From NCBI GenBank assembly GCA_963804165.1, contig CAWDPO010000037.1, positions 1-64,000 of the forward strand: 64,000 nt of DNA, given 5' to 3'. Positions 1 to 9,730 of the stretch are shown here, in pieces; within the stretch, counting starts at the first letter, position 1, and every line of letters begins with the position of its first letter. The notes under the pieces are model-generated. The model was not told where the DNA came from. It did not search any database and saw only the letters and a program-made list of their open reading frames with translations. The translations under genes and the position numbers were made by a program. The DNA comes from an uncultured delta proteobacterium. Lineage in GTDB: Bacteria; Desulfobacterota; Binatia; UBA9968.

Positions 1-114
1 GAAAGTTTTTACGCGCCGCGATCCAACTGCTTCTCGGTTGAAGGACAGAGCGCCGGCGGGAACGGAGACAGTGCAGATGAAAATGATCTTTGAGGGTTTG
101 GTCCCAGGTGTTAA

Positions 115-1301
115 GGAACCTCTGAATAACTACGTTATTTGGAAGGGGGCGATTATTTAAAACTGTTTCATGTTGACTAAGCGGCTCGGTGATTACATCG
201 GATGGGGTTTGCCTTGATTCCTGGGCGACTCAATGCGTTTGTGGACGGCCCAAGCTCCCTCCCCATCGGACTACGCCAACAAAGCACGGGGCACTCGATA
301 CAGATTGGCCAGCGCAAACAGCGTGTAGATCTGTGCCGTGTTTTTCTTCAATCCTCAATACTGGGTCTCGACGTAGCCGAACTGGCGCTTGACCACCCGA
401 AACGGATGCTCCACCTTGGCCCGTATACTGGACAGTTTTCTGTTTCTGCGCCGCTGCTTATGGCTCAAGCTCTTTTTGCTCTTGGCCTTGTCCAACACGC
501 CCCAGAATAGTCCCGTCTTTCTCGCTGAGTGCTTATCCTGGGCCGCCTAAGTAACCCTTGTCGGCAAACACCGCTTGCTCTTCTCCATGAACAAGCGCTT
601 CCATCTCCTGCTTGTCATGCACACTGGCCGTGGTCACTTTGACCGTGTGCACCAAACCGCTCTGACTGTCCGTTCCCGTGTGCACCTTCATGCCGAAGTG
701 GTAGTTGTTGCCCTTCTTGGTCGGACTCATCTCCCCGTCGCGTTTCTTGTCCTTGTTCTTGGTCGAGGACGGCGCACCGATCAGCGTGGCGTCTACGATC
801 GTGCCTTGTCTGAGCAAAAGCCTTTTCTCGCTCAAATACCCGTTGACCTCTTCCAACAGCTTCTCGGTTAACTGGTGCTTTTCCAGTAAGTGGCGAAAGT
901 TTAAAATCGTGGGTTCATCCGGAATTTCTTCTTCCCCCAACTCTATCCCGGCAGATCGCCTCACCGACTCGATGTCATACAACGCTTCTTCCATCCGGGG
1001 ATCGGACAACCCGTACCACGGCTGCACAAAGTATATCCGTAGCATCCGTTCCAACGGCATCGGTCGCCGTCCACTGCCGGCTTTGGGATAGTGCGCTTCG
1101 ATCAACGCCAGCAATTTCTCCCACGGCACCACTTATCATCTCAGACAAAAACTTCTCTCGCTTGGTCTGCTTTTTCTTTCCCGCCCACGCTAAACTCGCA
1201 AACGTTGTCTGCTCCTTCAATCTGTTTCCTCCTCTACCATTGTCGGTCTTGCTGCTTTTCGATATTAGACGACATTACTGAAGGGCTTGTTCAGAGATTC
1301 C
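115..1301 (-). mobile_element. IS5-family insertion sequence, 1187 bp
   Basis: Imperfect terminal IRs GGAACCTCTGAATAAC (from 115) and GGAATCTCTGAACAAG (reverse complement, ending 1301). TTAA duplicated at 111-114 and 1302-1305, consistent with the IS5 YTAR target. Confidence 0.92.
271..1220 (-). pseudogene. IS5-family DDE transposase, inactivated
   Basis: Pieces MKEQTTFASL..KREKFL (975..1220), PWEKLL..DATLI..FGMKVH..ADKGY (533..1132) and SIRAKVEHPFRVVKRQFGY..Y*GLKKN (to 271). Two frameshifts plus an internal TGA at 355-357. Confidence 0.88.
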
Positions 1302-1783
1302 TTAAGTACTGTGATGATGCCCACCGTTCCGCGAAGCCGGCTTTGGCCAAACTACAATGTTTCACTGACGGCTTTAAACAGAAGCGCTAACACAATCTTT
1401 TTGTGGGCGAGGATCAAGCCGTTGAAAAGGTGGGGCAAAGTAAACACCAGATGGAAGTATCCCACCGGCAAAAGCTCAGTGGTCTGTTTTTCCAACCACT
1501 GGGCCTTGGCCAGCGACTGACACTTCGGGCAGTGGCGATTGCGGCAGGAGTTATAAGCCGGGCGCTCAAAACCGCAAGACTCGCATCGATCCAGATGCCC
1601 TCCCAATTCTGGAGTCCGGCACACCGAAACGGCCCGCATCACTTTGTGCTGGGAAGCCGATAATCGATGCGTTCGTTGATATCGCTCCCCGTACTGACGA
1701 AAGACATCGGCCAGCTCGGGGCGTCCGCTTTTCTCTCCTGCTGCCCGCCCATCAGCGCGAGACAGCACCGCGAAACCGCTTTC

Positions 1784-2620
1784 TTAGCTCGGCAATTTCA
1801 GCAGATCCAAAGGATTGGCCGTGGTGGTGATCTTGTGCTGCCGGATCTGCAAGTAGCGCTCGGTGCTAGCCATCGAGTTATGACCCAACAGCGTCTGAAT
1901 GGTTCTCAGATCTACTCCCGCCTCCAAAAGATGTGTGGCAAAACAGTGTCTGAGAGTATGGATGCCGTGGCCTTTTTGGATGCCGGCCTTCAGCTTGGCA
2001 AGATTGTAGATTCGCTGGGCGTAGTCGATCGATATCGGACCGCCCTTTCGGTTGGGGAACAGGTAAATCGGCGAGCGATGCTCTTTCCAATACGAGCGCA
2101 GCTCAGTGAGCAGCCGCTGGGATAAAATCGTGTAGCGGTCTTTTCTCCCTTTGCCTTGCTCTACTCGCACCATCATCCGTTCGCTGTCGATGGCGCTGAC
2201 TTTGAGCCGAACCAATTCACTGACCCGCAGCCCCGTGGCGTAAGCCGTCATCAACAGACAACGGTCGCGCTGTTTTGCCGCGGCCAACAGCAAACGCTCG
2301 ACTTCCTTCTGGCCTAACACTTCGGGCAGTTGCCAACTGCGCCTTCTCGGCGGAATAAACAACTGCTTGTCGTTCCAGCTCAACATCTGGTGGTAAAAGA
2401 ACCTCATCCCCGAGATCGCCACGTTGCGCGAACTGGGCGACAAACCGCGCTTTTCCAGATGCAAAAGATAAGCGCGAATCTCCTCTTGTGTGAGTTGGTC
2501 CGGCGAGCGTCGATAATGCTTGACCAGTCCGATCACGGCCGCCAGATAGGACTGCTGGGTGCGGGGCGAGAAGTTTCTCAACCTCATCTCCTCGATCATC
2601 CTTGTGCGTAACGCTCCCAT
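1784..2620 (-). CDS. Tyrosine recombinase/integrase with N-terminal SAM-like domain
   Basis: 278 aa; motifs YATGLRVSE, KGRKDR, HTLRHCFATHLLEAG, LLGH, TERY. Confidence 0.95.
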   Translation of the reverse strand: MGALRTRMIEEMRLRNFSPRTQQSYLAAVIGLVKHYRRSPDQLTQEEIRAYLLHLEKRGLSPSSRNVAISGMRFFYHQMLSWNDKQLFIPPRRRSWQLPEVLGQKEVERLLLAAAKQRDRCLLMTAYATGLRVSELVRLKVSAIDSERMMVRVEQGKGRKDRYTILSQRLLTELRSYWKEHRSPIYLFPNRKGGPISIDYAQRIYNLAKLKAGIQKGHGIHTLRHCFATHLLEAGVDLRTIQTLLGHNSMASTERYLQIRQHKITTTANPLDLLKLPS

Positions 2621-3139
2621 AACAAATCCTCCTTGGATTTAAATTTGGGAGCGACGCTATCACGCGAGATAAAAAATGGACGCTGAGTTCGAGCTATGAA
2701 AACTAGGTTCGAAATGAGAACCTGAGGGGAAACCAGAAAACACCGCACGGCATCCGCCACCGCGCAGCGGTTTAGTTCAACCAGTAATATACAGACTGTC
2801 TTTTGTGGATATCAATATCGGCAAAGGCCGCTGACAAGGCGAGGGCCGATTCCGGCTGTGCTCGTTTTGTGCCTGAACCTGGGCAGAACAAGTATCTCCC
2901 ACTGTCGAAGAAAACTAAGTGGGAGTCGAGATGTTTGCCTCGCAGCGGAGGCGCAGAAGAACTTGATTCCTAATCAAGCGAGAGAAAACCTCCCTCTTGT
3001 CAGAAAACTTTGCCGATAATAATATCCGAAGAACCCGACCCGTGTATTACTGGTTCGACCCAGCGTCAGCAGCAAGGTGACGAGAAGGACGAGGCGGGTA
3101 GGGAGAGCTGTCCGCTTTCGGTGCGGAACGGGAGGTCGG

Positions 3140-3628
3140 ATGACCGCGGAAAGCCTGCTGATCACATACATTCAGATCGGTGTCGCGATCTCCGGCTTTT
3201 CCGGCATCGTCGTCTCCCTCGGGAACCGCGGGCAGGGCGCGTGGTCATACCGCGAGCGCCAGCTCCTATATGTCCTGCTTGGGACCAGCGGCGGGTGCAC
3301 TATACTCAGCGCCTTACCCCTGATCCTGGCCTCCACTGGGCTCGCCGAGCCGACCGTGTGGTCCTCCACCAGCGGCTGCTCCGTAGTCCTGCAACTCGTG
3401 CTTATGGTGATCCGGGCGCGGAGCGTCGTCCGCGACGCCGACACGCTCGCCCGAGAGCGGTGGGTGATCGCGGGGGCGTACACCGGCAGCGTGGTGTTCA
3501 TGGCGGCGCAGCTGGTGAACTGCGTCTGGCTAGGTGTCGCCTGGCCGCATCTGGCCACGCTCACGTGGCATCTCGCCCTGTCCTTCCTCGTCTTCGTGCG
3601 GCTCGTCCAACCTGAGGCCCCGCCCTGA
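3140..3628 (+). CDS. Hypothetical integral membrane protein
   Basis: GGAGG at 3131-3135 before ATG 3140; about five hydrophobic segments. Confidence 0.7.
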   Translation: MTAESLLITYIQIGVAISGFSGIVVSLGNRGQGAWSYRERQLLYVLLGTSGGCTILSALPLILASTGLAEPTVWSSTSGCSVVLQLVLMVIRARSVVRDADTLARERWVIAGAYTGSVVFMAAQLVNCVWLGVAWPHLATLTWHLALSFLVFVRLVQPEAPP

Positions 3629-3706
3629 GGCCTCGGCCGTACGGCGATAGCCGCGCAAAGGCATCCGCAATATCGGCTATTCAGGCGAAATGACCTTGAT
3701 ATTGAA

Positions 3707-4417
3707 TCAATTGATCCAGCCGCGGTCCCGAAATCGGATCCTGAGCTGCTCTGCAATTGCGTCGGCGGTCGCTTTGGCTCTCCCCTCAAGCGTATTGCTG
3801 CCGCTCGCCTCGCCATAAATCTTCGTCGCGCCAACCACGATCAGTCCTAGCGGATTGCCAGTCGCAATCGCGACAGCGCCCGGCGCGACAATGCCGGGCG
3901 TCTTGCTTCCAGACGAACTAAGCGTCCCTGATCCAACTTTCTTTAAGCCCTCGGGCGTCATCTCGTAGCCTTCCACCACCGTATACATTTCCGAGCTCCC
4001 GGCGCCGAATCCAACCACAAAACGCTTGGCCCCACTGCCGGCCTGGACCGAGACCAAATAGCCACGCATTACACCCTCGCCAACTTGTGGCGCTGCTCCC
4101 GGACCGGCTTGCACTGCGGGAAGACCCATTGCCTGGATATGCGCAACCAAGCTTTTGGCAATGATGGCGCCAAGCCTACGCCCGGTTTCCAGTTCCTCGG
4201 CGGTCGGAGGCGTGGTCGGCGCACTGAGATCGGCGCTAATATAGGAATCGGCGGGGACCTTGGCCGGGTCGGCGATGAAGTCGTAGACCCAGATTTGATT
4301 GGGGCGGGCGAGCCCCGGGCCCGCCATGGTTGTTTGCTGGGTGACTTTCGTCGAGGCGCATCCGGAGAGCACGGCGAAGGCGAAAAAGATTGATATTGCA
4401 CGATTTCGAGTGATCAT
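3707..4417 (-). CDS. DUF4410-like lipoprotein
   Basis: AGGAGG RBS before MITRN; lipobox VLSGC; GSGAKRFVVGFGAGSS and SSGSKTPG motifs. Confidence 0.78.
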   Translation of the reverse strand: MITRNRAISIFFAFAVLSGCASTKVTQQTTMAGPGLARPNQIWVYDFIADPAKVPADSYISADLSAPTTPPTAEELETGRRLGAIIAKSLVAHIQAMGLPAVQAGPGAAPQVGEGVMRGYLVSVQAGSGAKRFVVGFGAGSSEMYTVVEGYEMTPEGLKKVGSGTLSSSGSKTPGIVAPGAVAIATGNPLGLIVVGATKIYGEASGSNTLEGRAKATADAIAEQLRIRFRDRGWIN

Positions 4418-4485
4418 AGCGAACCTCCTATTGCAGTTTGGTCGGGTCACACGATTCCGTCTCACAAATTTTCCACTTCCGTGAT

Positions 4486-5565
4486 TCAAAACGCGGCGAG
4501 TCTTTCAATCAGCCAGAACATGGCCGTGCCGCCGATCGCGTAAGGTGGCAGCAGCCGAAGCATCGCCAGATGCTGCTGCCGTAGCGGCGATAAGCGCACT
4601 CGATCACGTATCCAGAGGCCAAGCAAAATGGATGCAAGCACGACCGCGATGAAGCCGAAATGACCGACCTCGACGCCGATACTGAACAGCAACAGCGCGA
4701 GCGGGATGTGACCTTCCGGCAATCCCACTTCGCTCAACCCGCCGGCGAATCCCAAACCGTGCAACAACCCGAAAGAGAACGCGACGAGCCACGGCTGGCG
4801 CTCTGTCAGACTGGGCTGGGTGGACGAAGACCTGCCGCGGCTACGCAAGATTTCCTTAGCGACAAACACAATGCTGAGGGCGATCATCGCTTCCACCGGC
4901 GGCGAGGGAGCATGAACAAAACCGAGCGTGGCCAAGGTCAAGGTAACGCTGTGCGCTAGGGTGAAGGCGCTGACAGTTTTCACCAGTCTTCCGAAGCCGC
5001 GCACCAGCAGCAACAGACCAAGCACGAACAGCAGATGGTCCACGCCGGTTAAAATGTGCTCGATTCCGAGAAGCAGATACGTGTTAACGATTTCCGTTCG
5101 GCTGGGGGCGGCCTCGACAACGAGTGAAGACAAAGCGGGCGTGAGGCGTGTCACCTGGGTCGTGCCGTCGCGTCGCTCCAATCGCACCAAAACATCGGTC
5201 AATGTTGCCGAAAGCCCGGCGATGCGGATCGTGCCGCCGCTCAAGCCTCCTGCGCATCTGACACTCCAACGCTCGGCATAAGCGTTGGCGGCGAAAGCAC
5301 CGCGCGGTTGGGTCAGGTTCGAACAGCTCTCCGGCAATTGCACGTAAAGACCCAGGCGCAGATCTTCTCCTTTCCCGGGCACCTTCCACAACAGCTCGTA
5401 AGTCTCGTCGCCGGTTTGCTGCAGCTCCAGATAACCGGGGCGCACTTCGTGAGCGAACAGAGGGAATGCGGAAAAAAGAAACAACAGTAAACACACGCAG
5501 CGTGATGCGAGGAGACCGTTCGCCACTCGCCACTTGCCACTCGTGGCTTTCCACTTCTTGCTCAT
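4486..5565 (-). CDS. HupE/UreJ family membrane protein
   Basis: AHEVRPGYL after signal peptide; GIEHILTGVDHLLF, AFTLAHSVTL and FGLLHGLGFA motifs. Confidence 0.9.
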   Translation of the reverse strand: MSKKWKATSGKWRVANGLLASRCVCLLLFLFSAFPLFAHEVRPGYLELQQTGDETYELLWKVPGKGEDLRLGLYVQLPESCSNLTQPRGAFAANAYAERWSVRCAGGLSGGTIRIAGLSATLTDVLVRLERRDGTTQVTRLTPALSSLVVEAAPSRTEIVNTYLLLGIEHILTGVDHLLFVLGLLLLVRGFGRLVKTVSAFTLAHSVTLTLATLGFVHAPSPPVEAMIALSIVFVAKEILRSRGRSSSTQPSLTERQPWLVAFSFGLLHGLGFAGGLSEVGLPEGHIPLALLLFSIGVEVGHFGFIAVVLASILLGLWIRDRVRLSPLRQQHLAMLRLLPPYAIGGTAMFWLIERLAAF

Positions 5566-6539
5566 CGCCGCGCCTCAGCCACTTGCTTCATATCAGTACC
5601 TTCGGCCACTTCCGGCCGCTCGATGGTCACGACGTAGCGCTTTAGCAAAGTTTGATAGAACTTCTCGTTCGCTTCCAAGCGACGGGCGTTAGTCCACTCT
5701 CGGCGCACCGCGGCGCGCACATCTTCCAGCGCCGGCAGGGAGCCATCGGTGCGCGCGCTCATCAAAACCAGATGGACGCCGAAACCGGATTCAATCGGGC
5801 CTTGCCACTGTCCGGTCGGCATCTCGCCGACTCTGGCTGCGAACTTCTCGCCGAACTGCTTTACCAGTTCGCTGGCGGGAAGGGCCTTAAACTCGTTACC
5901 GAGCATGAGGGAATCGCCCAGGGCTGAGACATCGACCTTGTTTCCGGCTCGCCGCAACTCTGCAAGAGTTTGTGCCGCATCGCGGGTAAGATGCGGGCCG
6001 CGCCGCTGCGGGTCGAGATACACCTGGCTGAAGCTGAACCGGCGATCGCCGCGAAACGTGTCGGGGTGTTCCTTCAAGTACGCGCGCAACTGCTCGTCGG
6101 TGGGCTCCGCTTGAGCGGCGACATCTTCGGAGATGAACTCAATCTTCTGGCGCAGCCGGCGGCGGATGATCGTGTCGTCCTTGTCGAGTCCGAGGGCGAT
6201 GGCTTCGCGGGCGAAAACTTCTTCGCGGATATAGTCGCGGATCAGCCCTTCCAATTCGCTTGCACTGGGTGGCCGCCGCCAGGTTCGACTGAAGGTCGTC
6301 GCGAGCGACTCGATCCGCCCTTGGGTGATGAGAATCTTCCCCGGTTGGCTCGCGTCCGTCGAAATGAATTTGAAGGCGGCGAAAATCAACACGCCGAGCA
6401 GCAAAAAGTGCAGCAGCGGTTCGCGGAGAAGGCGTTCGAGTGTCGAGTGTCGAGTGACGAGGGCCGAAAGGAAGAGTGGTGCTGTCATATTGCTCGTGTC
6501 TCGTAAATTGTCTTTCGACACGGTTTCGTGCGGTTTCAC
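5562..6539 (-). CDS. PpiC-type peptidyl-prolyl cis-trans isomerase domain protein
   Basis: LLREPLLHF, GLDKDDTIIRRRLRQK, WQGPIESGFGVHL. Start uncertain because the N-terminus runs through a heptamer array. Confidence 0.85.
   Translation of the reverse strand: MKPHETVSKDNLRDTSNMTAPLFLSALVTRHSTLERLLREPLLHFLLLGVLIFAAFKFISTDASQPGKILITQGRIESLATTFSRTWRRPPSASELEGLIRDYIREEVFAREAIALGLDKDDTIIRRRLRQKIEFISEDVAAQAEPTDEQLRAYLKEHPDTFRGDRRFSFSQVYLDPQRRGPHLTRDAAQTLAELRRAGNKVDVSALGDSLMLGNEFKALPASELVKQFGEKFAARVGEMPTGQWQGPIESGFGVHLVLMSARTDGSLPALEDVRAAVRREWTNARRLEANEKFYQTLLKRYVVTIERPEVAEGTDMKQVAEARR
6436..6463. repeat. Heptamer tandem array (TCGAGTG)n, left arm
   Basis: tcgagtgtcgagtgtcgagtgacgaggg; inverted relative to 6942..7001. 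Confidence 0.85.
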
Positions 6540-6925
6540 CTTCGTCTCATCCTTTCAATGGAGCTGGTCAATATGCCGATGATCTCATCGAGCAATTCGA
6601 TCCGTGGGCCGGACTACACTTTCGGTTAACCAATGCGTCATCCGCTCGTAGCGCCCGCGGGTTTCGCGGGCGGATCCTCGTGCAATGTCGAGGAATCGAA
6701 CGTCCTCAACTCGGCTCAGTCGACCGAAGAAGTATTCACCACAGAGGCACAGAGTCCACAGAGTTCGGAGTAATATTTATCAAAAGCTCTTTCCTCCGCG
6801 TCCTCAGCGTCTCTGCGGTGCAATCTCCAATTTGTTTTAAGTGTTTCCATGTCCGCTGCGACTAGATCAAACAATTGCCGCGCTTTTCGATATCCCCTAA
6901 AACTGTCAAGTGCGCTCTGACTCAT
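6536..6925 (-). pseudogene. Four-helix-bundle protein (TIGR02436-like), disrupted
   Basis: N-terminus MSQSALDSFRGYRKARQLFDLV; downstream, out of frame, RFLDIARGSARETRGRY and LDEIIGILTSSIERMRRR*. The middle is replaced by the palindrome at 6737..6820. Confidence 0.72.
6737..6820. repeat. Palindromic element CACCACAGAGGCACAGAG...CTCTGCGGTG
   Basis: Imperfect 27-bp arms caccacagaggcacagagtccacagag / ctccgcgtcctcagcgtctctgcggtg. Confidence 0.8.
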
Positions 6926-6941
6926 TGTTCTTGTGGTTCTT

Positions 6942-7001
6942 CACTCGACACTCACTCCTCGACACTCTTTCTTTCCTGACCCTCGACACTCGTCACTCGA
7001 C
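6942..7001. repeat. Heptamer tandem array (CACTCGA)n, right arm
   Basis: cactcgacactcactcctcgacactc...ccctcgacactcgtcactcgac. Confidence 0.85.
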
Positions 7002-7011
7002 CTTCCATGGC

Positions 7012-8994
7012 TCAGGCTACCGGCGTATACCAGATCGGCGAAGTGTAGGCGCGCTCAGTTGTGGTCATGGGAACTTCCTTCGGCATTTTGACGCCGAAAT
7101 ATTTCGCGTCGTAGGCGGTCCAGCGCGGCGTCGGGATCTCGATGACACGGCCGTAGTAAAAGGCGCGCTGCGCCGGATCGAAGTCCGGATCTCTCCACAC
7201 GACGATCAGCTCGGTTGCGCCGATGGTGTTGGTCCAGGTCGCGTTCTCAACGTCCACCGTACTGCCCACTGAAGGCAGCTTACCGGTCTTCGGGTCGGGC
7301 TTGCGACCGCCAGCCCAGGCCACGTCGTAAATCTTCTCGTGAAGCTGGCCCTTGGCATCGAGCCAACCCTTGATGATCTGATAGCGATCCAGGTTGGCGC
7401 CGATCGGGTCTTTCAGAGCGGCGGCGAGAAACGTCGGCGCCTTGCCTTTGGGCGCGTTCGACAGATCGCCGCCCATGGGTACGCCCTTGGTGTAGCCGAT
7501 TTTTGCCGGCAAGCGGGTCTGCGCGTCTCTCGCCTCGAAATCGAATCCGCCGAAGAAGCGCACGATCATGCGCGGGCCGGTGGTGCCATAAACTTCCCTG
7601 CGCTTCATGGCGTCGAAAAGGGCGGCGCGAGTATTTTCCGTGGCCCAGACGGCGGCGTAGCCCGAAGCGGTCTGCTCCCAGCCCATGATCACTGCGCCGC
7701 TGGGCGCTTTGATGAAGGGATGAATAGCGCGGTCCGGGCTCGGCTCCTCGCTCGATACCTTGCCGAAAAAATTGTCCTCTTCCACGGCGGTAAGCCCGGT
7801 GTGGGAGTCGGTGCTGCCGACGAGACCGAATTTATAGGGATTGACGCCGAGCTCTGCTTCCAGCTTGAGGCCGTTCTTGAGCGCCGCGCGAGCGTATTCG
7901 AACTCGAACATCTCGGGCTTCTTCGGTTCGCTGAGATCGAGATTGCCTTTGTCCCAGCGCTCGAAGTTAGCGAACTCATCATTGGGCGAGAGAAACGGAT
8001 GGGTTTCACCGTCGCCTTTGATTTGTGTTATTTCGTAGAGCGGTTCCCATCGCGTGCGGCCGTCGGCGTAGGCGCGGTCAATTCTGTTGCCGGTGAACGA
8101 CTCGATGATGGGAAACATGCGCCCGTTGCTAAGATTGCCGTTATGCGCGAGCGCCAGCACTTCGCTGCCGGTCTTCTTCTCCACAGTGGCCATCCATTTC
8201 CAGAGATCGCGCGGATTATCGCTGCCGAGTGGCGGAAAAACGGTGAATGGCTCGACCAATCGAGCGCGGTCGCCGTTTTCGCGGAAGATGACGTTTCGAT
8301 GCAGATTGTTGCCGGCTGTGTTCGAGGTCCACTCGAACCCGATGAACGCCGTGAACCGGCCGGGGTCGTTGGCATCGTCCGCTGCCTTGATCGTTTCGCG
8401 CCAGGCGCTGCGGTACGCTGACGAACCCGGCAAATAGAGCAGCTTCTTAGGGAAAGTACCCTGGGAAAACGCCACGACGATTTCAAAGGCCGCTTCCGCG
8501 CCCTTGCCCGATTGAATCATGTCATACCACCTGCGCCCCGCCGGATCAGCGAGGACTTCAGGCTTGCCCGCGAAGAGGTCCGGGAAAAATCCCATTTGGT
8601 CCGAATGATCGGTGACGGCCATAAAATCGAGCGGACGGGAAAGCTTGGCGCGCTGGCCGCTGGAGGCGACAATCTCTTGTCCCTTGGCAAACCGATAAGC
8701 ATCGGCGGGACCGATGCGAGCACCGAACGCGCCGGCATCCATCGAGAACGACGTGTGCAGATGCGTATCGCCGAAAAACGGCCGGGTGGGAAAATCCCGT
8801 CCCGCATAAGGCGAGTATGGCGATTTGCTGGGGAAGGCTTTAGCGGCTTGCTCCTTATCGAGCGTGCCGACGTCGGTCTGCATCTGCGCCAGCACTGGTA
8901 CGGCGACGCCGGCAGCGGTCGCCGCGGCGATCTTCATGAAGTCACGGCGCTTGATATTTTTTGCTGAACTTATCAGTAATTTCTTCTTTGCCAT
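7012..8994 (-). CDS. DUF3604 domain protein (PHP-like metallo-hydrolase), Tat signal
   Basis: 660 aa; KRRDFMK twin-arginine; GDTHLHTS, LDFMAVTDHS, NLHRNVIFR, HNGNLSNG, GSTDSH, ERAYTSPIWY. Confidence 0.92.
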   Translation of the reverse strand: MAKKKLLISSAKNIKRRDFMKIAAATAAGVAVPVLAQMQTDVGTLDKEQAAKAFPSKSPYSPYAGRDFPTRPFFGDTHLHTSFSMDAGAFGARIGPADAYRFAKGQEIVASSGQRAKLSRPLDFMAVTDHSDQMGFFPDLFAGKPEVLADPAGRRWYDMIQSGKGAEAAFEIVVAFSQGTFPKKLLYLPGSSAYRSAWRETIKAADDANDPGRFTAFIGFEWTSNTAGNNLHRNVIFRENGDRARLVEPFTVFPPLGSDNPRDLWKWMATVEKKTGSEVLALAHNGNLSNGRMFPIIESFTGNRIDRAYADGRTRWEPLYEITQIKGDGETHPFLSPNDEFANFERWDKGNLDLSEPKKPEMFEFEYARAALKNGLKLEAELGVNPYKFGLVGSTDSHTGLTAVEEDNFFGKVSSEEPSPDRAIHPFIKAPSGAVIMGWEQTASGYAAVWATENTRAALFDAMKRREVYGTTGPRMIVRFFGGFDFEARDAQTRLPAKIGYTKGVPMGGDLSNAPKGKAPTFLAAALKDPIGANLDRYQIIKGWLDAKGQLHEKIYDVAWAGGRKPDPKTGKLPSVGSTVDVENATWTNTIGATELIVVWRDPDFDPAQRAFYYGRVIEIPTPRWTAYDAKYFGVKMPKEVPMTTTERAYTSPIWYTPVA

Positions 8995-9147
8995 GTTCTT
9001 CCTATCCTGAAAGAAAGTGTCGCGTTGAGTCTCCGTCTCCCTCGCGCCAAAGACAAAAACGCTAGAATTGCTGTGAGTCTGTAAGCAAGTGCCGCGCTCA
9101 ACGACCCGGGAGCCTTAATAAAACTACCAGGGAGGAAGTTGCTGGAC

Positions 9148-9167
9148 TATTGGACTTTGGTCCAATA
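9148..9167 (-). promoter_or_regulatory. Palindromic operator copy 1, upstream of the DUF3604 unit
   Basis: TATTGGACTTTGGTCCAATA; minus-strand TAGTTT at 9121-9126, 21 bp away. Confidence 0.82.
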
Positions 9168-9235
9168 CGACGACCCGGGTTGCGGTGAAGCGAAAATCGG
9201 GTGCCAATTCAGTATCTCTTTGCTCCCGTTCGGTT

Positions 9236-9730
9236 TCATTTCAGACGCGCGAAGGCTACCGGAAAGCGCTGGCGTTCGACGGCCTGATAATAGATTCCTT
9301 TGAGCTGATCGCTCTCGGCGTCATAGGTCAGGGAGTAAGTCGAGCCCGGATAGTTCACGTCGCGCAGTTCTATGAACACTTTCGTCGCATCGCCGTCCCG
9401 CGACGCTTCGGCTTTGCCGACGTGAATCGATTTCGGATTGAAATACGCGGCATCCATCGAACCGTTGGCAGCGATGGATTTGATTTCTAGTACATATCCG
9501 CCGTCCTGCCGCTGCCACCGCCCCTTGAGCTTTTGGAAGGTCCGCTCCGACGTGATCGGATTCGCGGCGAGAAAGATATCCGCCGGTTTGAACTCCCACC
9601 ACCAAAACCCCAGCGAGATGACCACCGCAGTCGCCAGAAAGCCCAGCGCCAAGCGAAAGTTTTGTCGCTTGCCAGTTTGCGATGGGATCGGCTGCTTGGC
9701 TCGCCGATTCTTCTTGGATCGCTTGCTCAT
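9236..9730 (-). CDS. Hypothetical membrane-anchored protein
   Basis: 164 aa; basic N-terminus, one TM helix, then GRWQRQDGGY..YFNP..ELRDVNYPGSTY. Confidence 0.75.
   Translation of the reverse strand: MSKRSKKNRRAKQPIPSQTGKRQNFRLALGFLATAVVISLGFWWWEFKPADIFLAANPITSERTFQKLKGRWQRQDGGYVLEIKSIAANGSMDAAYFNPKSIHVGKAEASRDGDATKVFIELRDVNYPGSTYSLTYDAESDQLKGIYYQAVERQRFPVAFARLK

Larger units (their letters stand above)
1..1768 (-). pseudogene. IS91-family (Y2/HUH) transposase, interrupted by IS5 and truncated by the window edge
   Basis: ORF 1352..1768 has the Zn-binding motifs CRT..LGGH..C..C and YNSCRNRHCPKCQ. Reading through the TAG at 1352 and removing 115..1305 gives GIITVL|NTWDQTLKDHFHLHCL, the HUH motif, in 1..114. 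Confidence 0.88.
1..2781 (-). mobile_element. IS91-like element with tyrosine recombinase + transposase gene pair (other end outside the window)
   Basis: Adjacent co-oriented integrase and IS91 transposase. Candidate terminus ACCGC-GCA-GCGGT hairpin + TTAGTTCAAC at 2759..2781; the boundary is inferred. Confidence 0.65.

Noticed and set aside
2782-3628. Integron with a gene cassette
   Set aside because: The recombinase is short (278 aa), lacks the IntI-specific insertion, and no attC follows the membrane gene.
6536-6925. Four-helix-bundle remnant as the Avd of a diversity-generating retroelement
   Set aside because: No reverse transcriptase, and no template/variable repeat pair with A-specific mismatches.
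7339-8421. 360-aa plus-strand ORF and similar long antisense ORFs (e.g. 15294..16469, 61484..62392)
   Set aside because: High-GC shadow ORFs opposite well-supported genes.
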